From contig JBNKNM010000068.1 in assembly GCA_050293845.1 (NCBI GenBank), forward strand, positions 1 to 25,098: 25,098 nucleotides of DNA. The letters are read 5' to 3'. Source of the stretch: Pseudobacteriovorax sp. Its GTDB lineage: Bacteria; Bdellovibrionota_B; Oligoflexia; Oligoflexales; Oligoflexaceae. The translations under genes and the position numbers were made by a program. The notes under the pieces are model-generated. The model made no database searches, had not been told where the DNA came from, and saw only the letters and a program-made list of their open reading frames with translations. Shown here in pieces: positions 9,617 to 17,932 of the stretch (positions within the stretch are counted from its first letter, which is position 1; each line of letters opens with the position of its first letter).

Positions 9617-10750
9617 TCAGCAGTGCTCCAAAGCCCTCTGTAGGTCTGCTATAAGATCGCTAATATCCTCAATTCCTAAAGATAGGCGGATAGATGTGGA
9701 ATCGATACCCGCGATCCGTTGTTCTTCACTGCTTAAGTCTCCCCCATAAAAGAAGAGCACGGGAGCTACCAAAGACTCTGTTGAACCCAGGCTGGCACAA
9801 AGTTGAAAAACTTCTAGCCCCTCAATAAATCGATCCATGTTTGTGCTCTTATCCTTAAAGTTAAAGCAGATGACTGTTCCACCATCTGGCTTTTGGCTAT
9901 CAGGATAGCAAAGCTCATCGATCAAGGGATGATCCCGTAGATACTTCGCGACAGCTACTGCGTTTAAAACCTGCCGTTCATATCTCAGGGAGTATGTCTT
10001 CATTCCTCTGAGGATGAGGGCGGCCGCTTGGGGATCAAGGGTAGGACCAAGCTCCACAGTATCAATAAAAATTTGCTCTATCCTTTGTTGGTTGCCTAGG
10101 ATAATGCCTCCCATAGCATCACCGTGACCATTAGCAAACTTCGTTAGGCTGTGAATATAGTAATCAATTCCGCAATCGCGATTCTTATGAAAACCAGCAA
10201 AGGTATTATCCAAAATGGTGGTCACCCCATGTTCTTGAGCCTTTTGGCTTATGAATGGGATATCTGCCAATTTTAGTTGCGGGTTGGTGGGTGATTCGAA
10301 GATACAGACCTTGGTTTTACTGTTTGCAAAAGCTTGCTCAATGCCTTGGTGATCATCTATAGAAAGCTTGATGCCGACGACACCAAATTTTTTAAGGATT
10401 TTCTCGATCAAATAACGTGTTGGCTTGTAAGATTCAATAAAGTACACGACCTGATCTCCCGCCTGGAGCAGTGATATGAGGCACGAGGAAATGGCTGCTA
10501 CGCCAGATGCTGTGGCTATACCAGCTTCTACTCCCTGAAGCTGCGCCAAAAGTCGCTCAAGCTCATCAACAGTAGGGTTTTTAAATCGAGAATAGAAATA
10601 ACCTTGTCTCTTTCTAGAAAATAGATCACGGATATCTGACATTTTGTTGAAAGTATATTTGACGCTAACATGTATAGGGTTCACAAGAGGCCTATTATCG
10701 CTTTCTAAAATAATGGGGGGGTAGTGGTTAGTGAGGGTTATGTCCTTCAT
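9617..10750 (-). CDS. PLP-dependent Cys/Met metabolism (trans-sulfuration) enzyme; exact reaction not assignable
   Basis: YSRFKNPT, ASGVAAI, FESPTNP, DNTF, PLP-lysine motif HSLTKF.NGHGD, RGMKT..LR, SLGSTESL, IRLSLGIED; SD AAGGAG. Confidence 0.92.
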   Translation of the reverse strand: MKDITLTNHYPPIILESDNRPLVNPIHVSVKYTFNKMSDIRDLFSRKRQGYFYSRFKNPTVDELERLLAQLQGVEAGIATASGVAAISSCLISLLQAGDQVVYFIESYKPTRYLIEKILKKFGVVGIKLSIDDHQGIEQAFANSKTKVCIFESPTNPQLKLADIPFISQKAQEHGVTTILDNTFAGFHKNRDCGIDYYIHSLTKFANGHGDAMGGIILGNQQRIEQIFIDTVELGPTLDPQAAALILRGMKTYSLRYERQVLNAVAVAKYLRDHPLIDELCYPDSQKPDGGTVICFNFKDKSTNMDRFIEGLEVFQLCASLGSTESLVAPVLFFYGGDLSSEEQRIAGIDSTSIRLSLGIEDISDLIADLQRALEHC

Positions 10751-11063
10751 TATGGCTCCTTTTATCGATATGAAAGGCTCTTCGTGCTGCTAGGTTACCA
10801 AATAGAATGGATGGGATCGCGAAGCAGCTGCATTTTTTCAGAAAAATGACTAAATATGGATACTCATGTTACCACCATGAAAAACATTATGCTCCGGCTC
10901 ATTGATTTCCCTGAAACTTCTGGCGGGGTTAATCTTGTCAAAATTCTTATGAAAATATTATATATTGGCCAGCCAGACAATATAGTTCTGGAAATTCTAT
11001 CCATAAACAAGCTAATAGTAAACGTACTTAATGATATTGAATAATATTGGATAGGACTACATT

Positions 11064-13577
11064 ATGGGATTAGATCGAGATTTCATTGTTCATAGTTTAA
11101 TATGTCTACCACTGCTAATATCACCAGCTTATTCGTCAGAGCTACCAACTCAGTATCATGCTAGGGAGCGTCCAAAGTTGGAGTTTTTTGATACCAATCC
11201 TAGCGTGCATGTTCTGGTTAAAAGTGACGTTGTTATCGGTTACCTAAAAGAACACTATCAAACCTATGGCTATCAGGAGGATCTTAGTGATCTAAGGCTT
11301 GTCAATCAAAAGAAGAGCTTGCTTGGCCATCACTATACCTTCCAGCAATTCAAGGACAATCTACCTATCAGTGATTCCGCCATCATCATATCCACCGATA
11401 AAAGCAATCGGACTATCACTAAGGTTTACAATACTATTTTACCTGGCATAGATGGCTTGCACTCAGTAAAACAATCAAGCAAATTGATGTCCGAAAATGA
11501 AGCTTATGATCTTGCTTGGAAACACCTTAAAGTTCATGGGAACTTGATCGAGCAACCGAAGATTACGAAATTTTGGCGTCCCATAGATGGTCGACTGACG
11601 CAGATATTTAAGGTGGAGCTGAGCTTAACGGCACCCTACGGGGCTTGGGTTGTTGAAATTAATGCTGAGAATGGAAAAGTGATTCAAGCCTTTGATCAAC
11701 GCCAGCCTCGTAAAAAAACCTTGGCTGTTGATTACACTAACTATCAGGGACCTATAGCAGATCGCACCAGTGAATTCGCAAGGGTCTCCTTGCAGAAGAG
11801 ATCATTCAAAACTCTTAGTGCTGTGCAAAGTGCCGATTTGCAAACTCAGGTATTTGACCCAGATCCACGAACTTTCTTAGCCGATGCTACCCTTGAGGAT
11901 AATAGCGACCCTTTAGCTTTTATTCCTGCCTACGTCAGTCGAACTTTAAAGGATGTATCCTTTGATGGTACTAACTATCGTCTTCGTGGTCCTTGGGTTT
12001 CCATTATCGACTTCGATCCTCCAAGCACCCCTCCCCATGAGCAAAACAATCAGGACTGGGTTTTCGAAAGAGGTTCCAATCCTTTCAATGAAGCGATGAC
12101 CTATTTTCATATTGATCAAAGCCAGAGATACATACAATCCTTAGGCTTTTCAGGAGAAACTGGTATCCAGCAGTTGTCAATGGAAGTCGATGCGGATGGA
12201 GTCTCTGGAGATGATAACTCCTACTTCCAGCCTTCCACCAATAGGTTATCCTTTGGCCATGGGTGTGTTGACGATAATGAAGATGCGGATGTCATTCTTC
12301 ATGAATATGGTCATGCCATCCAAAAATCTATTGTCAGTTCTTGGGGAGGCGGTGACACAGGGGCTATGGGTGAAGGTTTCGGAGACTATTGGGCGGCATC
12401 CTATAGTGTCAGTTTGGAGCAAGGTTACACGTATAATCCCAACCATGTATTCGATTGGGATGGTCATGGCGTCAATAATAGTTGCTGGAATGGTCGCATT
12501 CTCGATGCATGGGATGCTCGCTACGATCATAGTCAAAGATACTCAGCCCATTCCCCCATACAAGGTGGTCATATTTCCGATGAGCTTTGGTCGACTCCTC
12601 TGTTTCAGTCTTTGCTAGAATTACTGGAGTTGGGGGTACCCCGCGAGGAAGTGGACCAGATTGTTCTGCAATCGCATTTCGGGTTAGGTTCAAATATCAA
12701 GATGCGGGATATGGCCTTATCCACGGTGGATGCAGCCCGTAACTTATTTCCAGGCGGGGTCCATGCAGACATATTTTACAAAAACTTTGTTAGGCACAAT
12801 ATCATTGGAATCCCCAAAGCAAAAATTGCTTATCAAGAAGTGTCGTTTTTCAACCAGGATCACGACAAGGAATTCCAACCGGGAGATACGATTTCACTTT
12901 ATCTAGATTTGGTAAATACTGGTGATGTAGAGTCCAGTGACATCACAATAACTATGTCTAGCTCCTCTCCCGAGATCACCTTTGAGCAGAGTTCCACCAC
13001 TATCAATCCTTTACCTGTGAATGAGCACTATCAATCCGGTAATGAACTGAGTTTTGTCATTAGCGAGCAGATCACATGTGGAGAACGTATTCCTATCAAA
13101 GTAACAGCGACTCATCAGATTGCAGGATTGGTCACAGAGATAGTCACTGAGCTTGTTCTTGTTGTGGGTATCCCCGAAGGGGTCGATCTATTCGATAATG
13201 TCAATCTTGCTATTCCTGATAATAACAGTACCGGGATCACCTCGACTTTAGACATTGCTGTGGGGAATAGTGCTCTAGTAAGCCAAAATTTTAAAGTTAA
13301 GCTTGATGTGACGCATACTTACATAGGTGACTTGAATATTGATCTTATAGCTCCGGATGAGACAAAAATCGCCCTCCATAGCCGCTCGGGAGGAGGAAAC
13401 GATAATATTGTTGGCACATACCCTTCCACCCTTGAGCCTTCTGGAAATTTAAATTCCTTGTTGGGAAAACCATTGGATGGGGTTTGGAAGCTTCGGATTA
13501 TTGATAATGTCGGAGTAGATGTGGGAATATTAAATAGTTGGGGAATAGAAGATATTCTGGGCTATACTTGTCAATAA
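11064..13577 (+). CDS. Secreted zinc metalloprotease, M36 (fungalysin)/M4-like, with FTP/PepSY propeptide, Ig/CARDB-like domain and proprotein-convertase P domain
   Basis: Signal peptide; FTP-like SLLGHHYTFQQ; PepSY-like VEINAENGKV; HEYGH with downstream GEGFGD third Zn ligand; PGDTISL..DLVNTG; C-terminal IPDN..THTYIGDL.IDL.AP..GVWKLRI.D..GILNSW. Confidence 0.9.
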   Translation: MGLDRDFIVHSLICLPLLISPAYSSELPTQYHARERPKLEFFDTNPSVHVLVKSDVVIGYLKEHYQTYGYQEDLSDLRLVNQKKSLLGHHYTFQQFKDNLPISDSAIIISTDKSNRTITKVYNTILPGIDGLHSVKQSSKLMSENEAYDLAWKHLKVHGNLIEQPKITKFWRPIDGRLTQIFKVELSLTAPYGAWVVEINAENGKVIQAFDQRQPRKKTLAVDYTNYQGPIADRTSEFARVSLQKRSFKTLSAVQSADLQTQVFDPDPRTFLADATLEDNSDPLAFIPAYVSRTLKDVSFDGTNYRLRGPWVSIIDFDPPSTPPHEQNNQDWVFERGSNPFNEAMTYFHIDQSQRYIQSLGFSGETGIQQLSMEVDADGVSGDDNSYFQPSTNRLSFGHGCVDDNEDADVILHEYGHAIQKSIVSSWGGGDTGAMGEGFGDYWAASYSVSLEQGYTYNPNHVFDWDGHGVNNSCWNGRILDAWDARYDHSQRYSAHSPIQGGHISDELWSTPLFQSLLELLELGVPREEVDQIVLQSHFGLGSNIKMRDMALSTVDAARNLFPGGVHADIFYKNFVRHNIIGIPKAKIAYQEVSFFNQDHDKEFQPGDTISLYLDLVNTGDVESSDITITMSSSSPEITFEQSSTTINPLPVNEHYQSGNELSFVISEQITCGERIPIKVTATHQIAGLVTEIVTELVLVVGIPEGVDLFDNVNLAIPDNNSTGITSTLDIAVGNSALVSQNFKVKLDVTHTYIGDLNIDLIAPDETKIALHSRSGGGNDNIVGTYPSTLEPSGNLNSLLGKPLDGVWKLRIIDNVGVDVGILNSWGIEDILGYTCQ

Positions 13578-13707
13578 CTTTGCGTTGATTAATAAGCTTT
13601 TGCTCGATCAGATAGGCTATTTTTGCTCGAATCAAGGTGCAAGACAAAAAAGTCCCGGAGTTAACAAGTGTTAATGAGGAAACTTTTTTGTCGAAGCAAC
13701 GCAGAGT
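13577..13707 (+). other. Structured intergenic element with nested inverted repeats between convergent genes
   Basis: ACTTTGCGTTG (13577-87) pairs with CAACGCAGAGT (13697-707, one G-U); GACAAAAAAGT (13643-53) and ACTTTTTTGTC (13682-92) form a perfect 11-bp stem; direct repeat TTTTGCTCGA at 13598 and 13621. Confidence 0.55.
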
Positions 13708-13731
13708 CTGGTGAAAATAGCAGATCTGGGA

Positions 13732-14400
13732 TCAGAGTTTATTCAATAAATCATCAACAGAAGCATCTTCTTCCTGCAGCAAGGCATCAGCTTTTTGATC
13801 CAGAGATTGCGACTCAGACTTGATGTCTTTATAGGAACTAGCTAAAGCTTCCTTGGCTTCAACCTTTCCTTTCAACTTTTCCATCATCGCCAAAGTCGAG
13901 TCAGGATCGGTTTCTGAAAGAGCTTTTTCAATAGCTAACTCAGCATCAGCAGTCCGAGCTCGGGCTTCTAAGGCTGTTATCTCTGCCTGCCATTTTCTAA
14001 TTTCATCCTTGTAACTCTCGGCACGTTTTTTTAAGTCGCCATCCCGCGATTTCAGGTTGAGCAGGAGGTCCTTTTGAGGTTTTACGCGCTCTAGCACTTC
14101 GAGGTGCCGCTTTACATATTGTTTAGCTAGTGCCATGGCTTCGCTGGAGCCTTGTGACTTAAGCTCTTTAGCCTTTTTCAAATATAGTTCTGACTCTTTC
14201 TCATTGCGCTCCATTTGTTTTTCATTGAGCTTGATATCAGCTTTGAGTTGGGCTCGTGACTCATCAATATTCATGGCTCCCTTTTTAAGTTCCTCAATCT
14301 TTTCCTTCAGTATGGGAATCGCATTTTTAGCTTCGACTTTATCGAGTGTTTCGTTAGCTTTGGCTTTGAATAACGTGGAAATTCTACCGAAAAAAGACAT
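13732..14400 (-). CDS. pspA: PspA/IM30 (bacterial ESCRT-III-like) family protein
   Basis: 222 aa; amphipathic N-terminus MSFFGRISTLFKAKAN..LDKVE; all-helical coiled coil; LEARA..A; M.K.KVE..EALA; C-terminal SVDDLLNKL; SD AGGGGAG. Confidence 0.88.
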   Translation of the reverse strand: MSFFGRISTLFKAKANETLDKVEAKNAIPILKEKIEELKKGAMNIDESRAQLKADIKLNEKQMERNEKESELYLKKAKELKSQGSSEAMALAKQYVKRHLEVLERVKPQKDLLLNLKSRDGDLKKRAESYKDEIRKWQAEITALEARARTADAELAIEKALSETDPDSTLAMMEKLKGKVEAKEALASSYKDIKSESQSLDQKADALLQEEDASVDDLLNKL

Positions 14401-14411
14401 ATGATCTCCCC

Positions 14412-14795
14412 TTAACTGCGTTGGTTTAAAAAGTAATTAGCGTTTTCAGCTATACAAATCGAAAGGGCTTTGAGGGAGCCTTCCAGTTCATTAAGATCTA
14501 GGTTTTCAAGCCTCAAGGTGTCCTTCCAGCAGATGTTGTTTTTTTGATCGATAATAAATGCCCCGTGAATAAGGTTATTGTTGCGCCGCAATAGCTCACG
14601 CTCGAATCCAGGTTTTAAACTTTTTTCGCTGGCAATGTGTTGCTCTAGCACGAGAATAGGATCATCAATATAAAGCACTAAATTATTAATGCCCTCTTCT
14701 TCATCACTACATATAAAGGTCTTGTTACTTTCAGAAGTGATTTCGATACCAAGCTCAGCCAGGTATCCCCTTACTAAGTCCTTACTTTCCATCAT
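14412..14795 (-). CDS. YbjN/CesT-like (T3SS-chaperone fold) small acidic protein
   Basis: 127 aa, EEGINNLVL....PILVLEQ..ELLRRN..L.HGAF..D....W.DTL.LENLDLNELE.SL.AL; directly upstream of pspA, a recurrent context for this family. Confidence 0.7.
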   Translation of the reverse strand: MMESKDLVRGYLAELGIEITSESNKTFICSDEEEGINNLVLYIDDPILVLEQHIASEKSLKPGFERELLRRNNNLIHGAFIIDQKNNICWKDTLRLENLDLNELEGSLKALSICIAENANYFLNQRS

Positions 14796-14813
14796 GGCTT
14801 TCTCCTTCTTGTT

Positions 14814-16328
14814 TTAATATAAATCCCAACGTCCGTTTTTGTAATAGTAGTAAATATTTAGGTTACTTAAACTTGAGGGCTTTGATTCCTTTTTATAATA
14901 TTTTACATCTTTGCTAAAAATTTTCATGGCAAGAAGTTGCTCATGATCCAAAAACCTAAAGCCATTATCTATTTTTGTGTTAAGAAATTTATGAGACAGG
15001 TTGTCGCCATAATGACTTATGCAGCCCATCACGAATCCCCACTCCCCTAAAGTGGGCATATTGATCCAATAAGGAATTGTTTGGAAGCCGGCGCTAACAA
15101 GTGATTTTTCGATTGACCAGAAAGCTTGGGGAACAAATTGTGGTGATAGGGCCTGGGTCGTCAAGCAAGCACCATGATTCATTTGTTTGCGCAATAACTT
15201 ATAAAATTCTTTAGTGTAAAGGCGCGCAAGGCTAACAGTCTTAGGGTCGGGAAGATCGATGAGTACAGCATCAAAGCGGTCGCTGGTTTTTTTAAGGAAG
15301 GCAAAAGCATCCTCGTTTATCACTTGGAGCTTTTTCTGGTTCATGGCATTTTCGTTGATTTGGCGCAGTACTGGGTGCTGCCTAGCCAGGGTGGTCATCC
15401 GTGGGTCAAGATCAACTAGGGTAATGGTTTTGACCTCAGGAAAATACTTGAATACCTCCCGTGCTGCGAGACCATCGCCACCGCCTAATATCAAAACATG
15501 ATTGCGGGTTTGTGAAGTACTTAGTGCGGGATGAACGAGGCTTTCGTGGTATTTATATTCATCTACTGTTGAAAACTGTTCGTTGCCATTCAAATAGAGC
15601 CAATAGTCGTCTTTCCATTGGGTTATGACAATTTTTTGATAACGGCTCTGTTCGCTGTAGATGATGAGGTCCTTGTAGCGGGACTGCTCACCATAGACCA
15701 TGATCTTTTGGCTATAAAAGCCGTGGATCATCAGTATAGTTGCCAGAACGAGAAAGGGCCATTTGGGGAAAAAGCGTAGCAAGGACAGGGCAATGATAAA
15801 GTTGATGCATCCCAGTAGCACCGCTGTATAAGCGAGTCCTAAAAAGCTCTGGCCGATAAAAACAAAAAATATTCCTCCCACGAGAGCCCCAAAATAATCC
15901 TGAGAAAGAACCCAAGCGATGTTTTTCTTCAGAGTCATCGTCTGGCTTAAGACTTGTGAAGCCAAAGGAATCTCGGCTCCGACCAGCAGACCCATTAACG
16001 ATGTGAGAAGATAGATAACGACTGTGAGGTTTTCGGTAAAGGGAGCTAAGCCGTAGACGATGGATGGTGATACCGATATAACCAAAGATAATATCAGCTC
16101 ACAGATTATAAAGTTGGTCAACGGCTGACCCTTAATTTGGGCTGAAAGTTGACTGCCAATCCCCATGAAGAATAGCATGACAGAAATGGTGAGGGCCCAT
16201 TGGGTGATGGAGTCGCCGATAAGGTAGCTGGCTAAGGTTGCCATAAGGTATTCTGAGACGACACCTGAAAATCCTGTTGCGAAAATACAGAGAAGCAGCA
16301 GGCGGTCTAAGGCAAACCGGTTAAGCAA
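14814..16328 (-). CDS. speE: Membrane-bound polyamine aminopropyltransferase (spermidine synthase family, about 7 N-terminal TM helices)
   Basis: Hydrophobic N-half; QSRYQKI, LYLNGNEQFS..DEY.YHE.LVHP, LILGGGDG..AREV, LVDLD, IDLPDP, LYT.EFY; TTG start with AGGAGG SD, 8-bp overlap with upstream gene. Confidence 0.92.
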   Translation of the reverse strand: MLNRFALDRLLLLCIFATGFSGVVSEYLMATLASYLIGDSITQWALTISVMLFFMGIGSQLSAQIKGQPLTNFIICELILSLVISVSPSIVYGLAPFTENLTVVIYLLTSLMGLLVGAEIPLASQVLSQTMTLKKNIAWVLSQDYFGALVGGIFFVFIGQSFLGLAYTAVLLGCINFIIALSLLRFFPKWPFLVLATILMIHGFYSQKIMVYGEQSRYKDLIIYSEQSRYQKIVITQWKDDYWLYLNGNEQFSTVDEYKYHESLVHPALSTSQTRNHVLILGGGDGLAAREVFKYFPEVKTITLVDLDPRMTTLARQHPVLRQINENAMNQKKLQVINEDAFAFLKKTSDRFDAVLIDLPDPKTVSLARLYTKEFYKLLRKQMNHGACLTTQALSPQFVPQAFWSIEKSLVSAGFQTIPYWINMPTLGEWGFVMGCISHYGDNLSHKFLNTKIDNGFRFLDHEQLLAMKIFSKDVKYYKKESKPSSLSNLNIYYYYKNGRWDLY

Positions 16329-17172
16329 ATAACCCTCCTAAAACCAGGGAAACTCCAATATATGAGCCTGCCTCAAATATGGCGACTGCTATATTGGGTT
16401 TATCCTGATTGGCGATCTCGTCAGCGATTTTGGCTCCAGGAACAAATAAAAAGTCGACAATAAATCTGGTTAAGGGTAGGACCACAGCACAGAGTCCTGT
16501 ATATATAGCAAATTGCGAGAAATTTACCTGCCAGCTCTGAAAATCGCCCCAAATGCCCACACGAATGATATTGCCTGTGGCTATGAGTATTCCCGCAGTG
16601 GCTATACCTACAGCAGCATTGTCTTTTTCTAGGTGTTCATGAAGGTCAAAGGGGGTTAACAGGTTGTAGATTTTAAAGAGTACAATCAGCGCCAATTGCC
16701 CTGCAGCCCAAAAAGCTATAGCTGTGTCAATACCTCCACCTTCACCATGCAGGGCTCCCATCAGAATTAGCCCCCCAGCAACATAAAAACCCAATTCTAC
16801 TGCGCCAACACCTAAGTTTTGGTCTACAACCAGCTCCTTGATATTGCTAAATTTATGCAAAATAATTTTTTCCGAGAGGATGGTGGCTAAGTTCAATAAG
16901 ACTATGGCCAGAGCACCGTATATAATGACGTCAATAAAATCTCCCCAGTATCCGGAGCTAGGTCCTGTGATCACACCAGAGCAAGCAAAAAGCAGACCGC
17001 TCATATAACCTATTAGAGATAAACCTACAGCGAGATTGTCGTCTGTGGTAAGTTGCTTAGGGAAGTTTATTTTTCGCCGAAGAAAATAAAAAATTCTTTG
17101 ACCGCAGACCATAACCAAAAAGATCGCCGCCAATATATTGCCTATTTCAATGAGATTAATTCCGAATAGCAT
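16321..17172 (-). CDS. Tandem DUF350 membrane protein (~8 TM, 283 aa); start corrected from 17409 to ATG 17172
   Basis: Four repeats of the N-x-A/G-V-G/A motif (DDNLAVGL, DQNLGVGA, KDNAAVGI, KPNIAVAI). ATG 17172 has an AGGAGA SD and removes a long overlap with the upstream gene. Confidence 0.85.
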   Translation of the reverse strand: MLFGINLIEIGNILAAIFLVMVCGQRIFYFLRRKINFPKQLTTDDNLAVGLSLIGYMSGLLFACSGVITGPSSGYWGDFIDVIIYGALAIVLLNLATILSEKIILHKFSNIKELVVDQNLGVGAVELGFYVAGGLILMGALHGEGGGIDTAIAFWAAGQLALIVLFKIYNLLTPFDLHEHLEKDNAAVGIATAGILIATGNIIRVGIWGDFQSWQVNFSQFAIYTGLCAVVLPLTRFIVDFLFVPGAKIADEIANQDKPNIAVAIFEAGSYIGVSLVLGGLFA

Positions 17173-17182
17173 GTGAAGTCTC

Positions 17183-17926
17183 CTATTTACCAAATCCTGA
17201 AGAACGCGATCTAAATCCTGAGGAGCGACTGCGGCTGACACGGTTATTAAAGCGTGAGCTAAAATTGCTTTTACGGCGAGCTTCCTTAACGCGACGCCTC
17301 TCGAAAAAACCAGGGCTGGTACGTTTGGCCACTGAGCCATTAGTGCCCCATTGATTTTTCCGCCCATAATAAGGAAGGCCACGACGGCGGTAGTTTTTAT
17401 AGCTATCATAATCGTTGCGATTTATGGTACCACCAAAACCTCCGAAAAGATCACGGAAAAGCCTGTACTTACCATAAAACTCCCAGAAGCTACCTCCGTT
17501 ACGCTGCACCCAATGGCCGTAGTTGGGATTTCCCACATACTGATAACCTGGTGGTTCGGAAATATCCGATGGCTTTCCACCCTTGGCTTTCGAGAGTATT
17601 GTCATGCCGAGGTGGTCACGGTGTTTTTGGTATACTTTTTCGGGAACAGGAAGCCAGTCCGTTTCATATTTTTTCAATTCTGCAAACGCTTTTTCCTCAC
17701 CACCAACAGCTTCTTTCATGGTTTCAGAGAATTCCGGGGGATGGCGCAGGGCTACGATCTGATAGCGATGCTGAAATTGCGGGAAGTCGTTTTCTTCGCG
17801 CATATCCTTCAGGACAACACTGTACTCATCAAACGGGCTGAGTTCTTTTTTGATACCCTCAAGGGGGTCGTCCACACAGGAAGTTAATAGGAATAAAAAT
17901 ATAAATGCTGAGAGAAATAATTTCAT
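17183..17926 (-). CDS. Lipoprotein with aromatic/Gly motif and Arg/Ser/Gly-rich C-terminal tail ending GFGK
   Basis: Lipobox LTS-C(17); PPGYQYVGNPNYGHW...GSFWEFYGKY; tail RVSRSRSSGFRSRSSGFGK; 6-bp and 10-bp gaps to neighbours. Confidence 0.85.
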   Translation of the reverse strand: MKLFLSAFIFLFLLTSCVDDPLEGIKKELSPFDEYSVVLKDMREENDFPQFQHRYQIVALRHPPEFSETMKEAVGGEEKAFAELKKYETDWLPVPEKVYQKHRDHLGMTILSKAKGGKPSDISEPPGYQYVGNPNYGHWVQRNGGSFWEFYGKYRLFRDLFGGFGGTINRNDYDSYKNYRRRGLPYYGRKNQWGTNGSVAKRTSPGFFERRRVKEARRKSNFSSRFNNRVSRSRSSGFRSRSSGFGK

Positions 17927-17932
17927 AAAGAC

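Noticed and set aside
10751..10860. SAM or SAH riboswitch upstream of the trans-sulfuration gene
   Set aside because: Only a weak stem and no recognisable SAM-I, SAM-II or SAH consensus.
10856..11044. 62-aa ORF before the protease, and likewise the 61-aa ORF at 18511-18696
   Set aside because: Short, no clear SD or motif, and located in probable promoter regions.
6813..16328. A SAM-centred metabolic cluster (cmoAB, folB, trans-sulfuration enzyme, speE)
   Set aside because: The genes alternate strands in separate transcription units, so the shared theme is probably coincidental.
17173..17409. N-terminal extension of the 362-aa ORF overlapping the lipoprotein gene
   Set aside because: ATG 17172 has a clear AGGAGA SD right after the upstream stop; the extension is an alternative frame of the lipoprotein tail.
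17351..17887. 178-aa and 96-aa + strand ORFs antisense to the lipoprotein gene
   Set aside because: Shadow ORFs with no motifs, opposite a well-supported operon gene.
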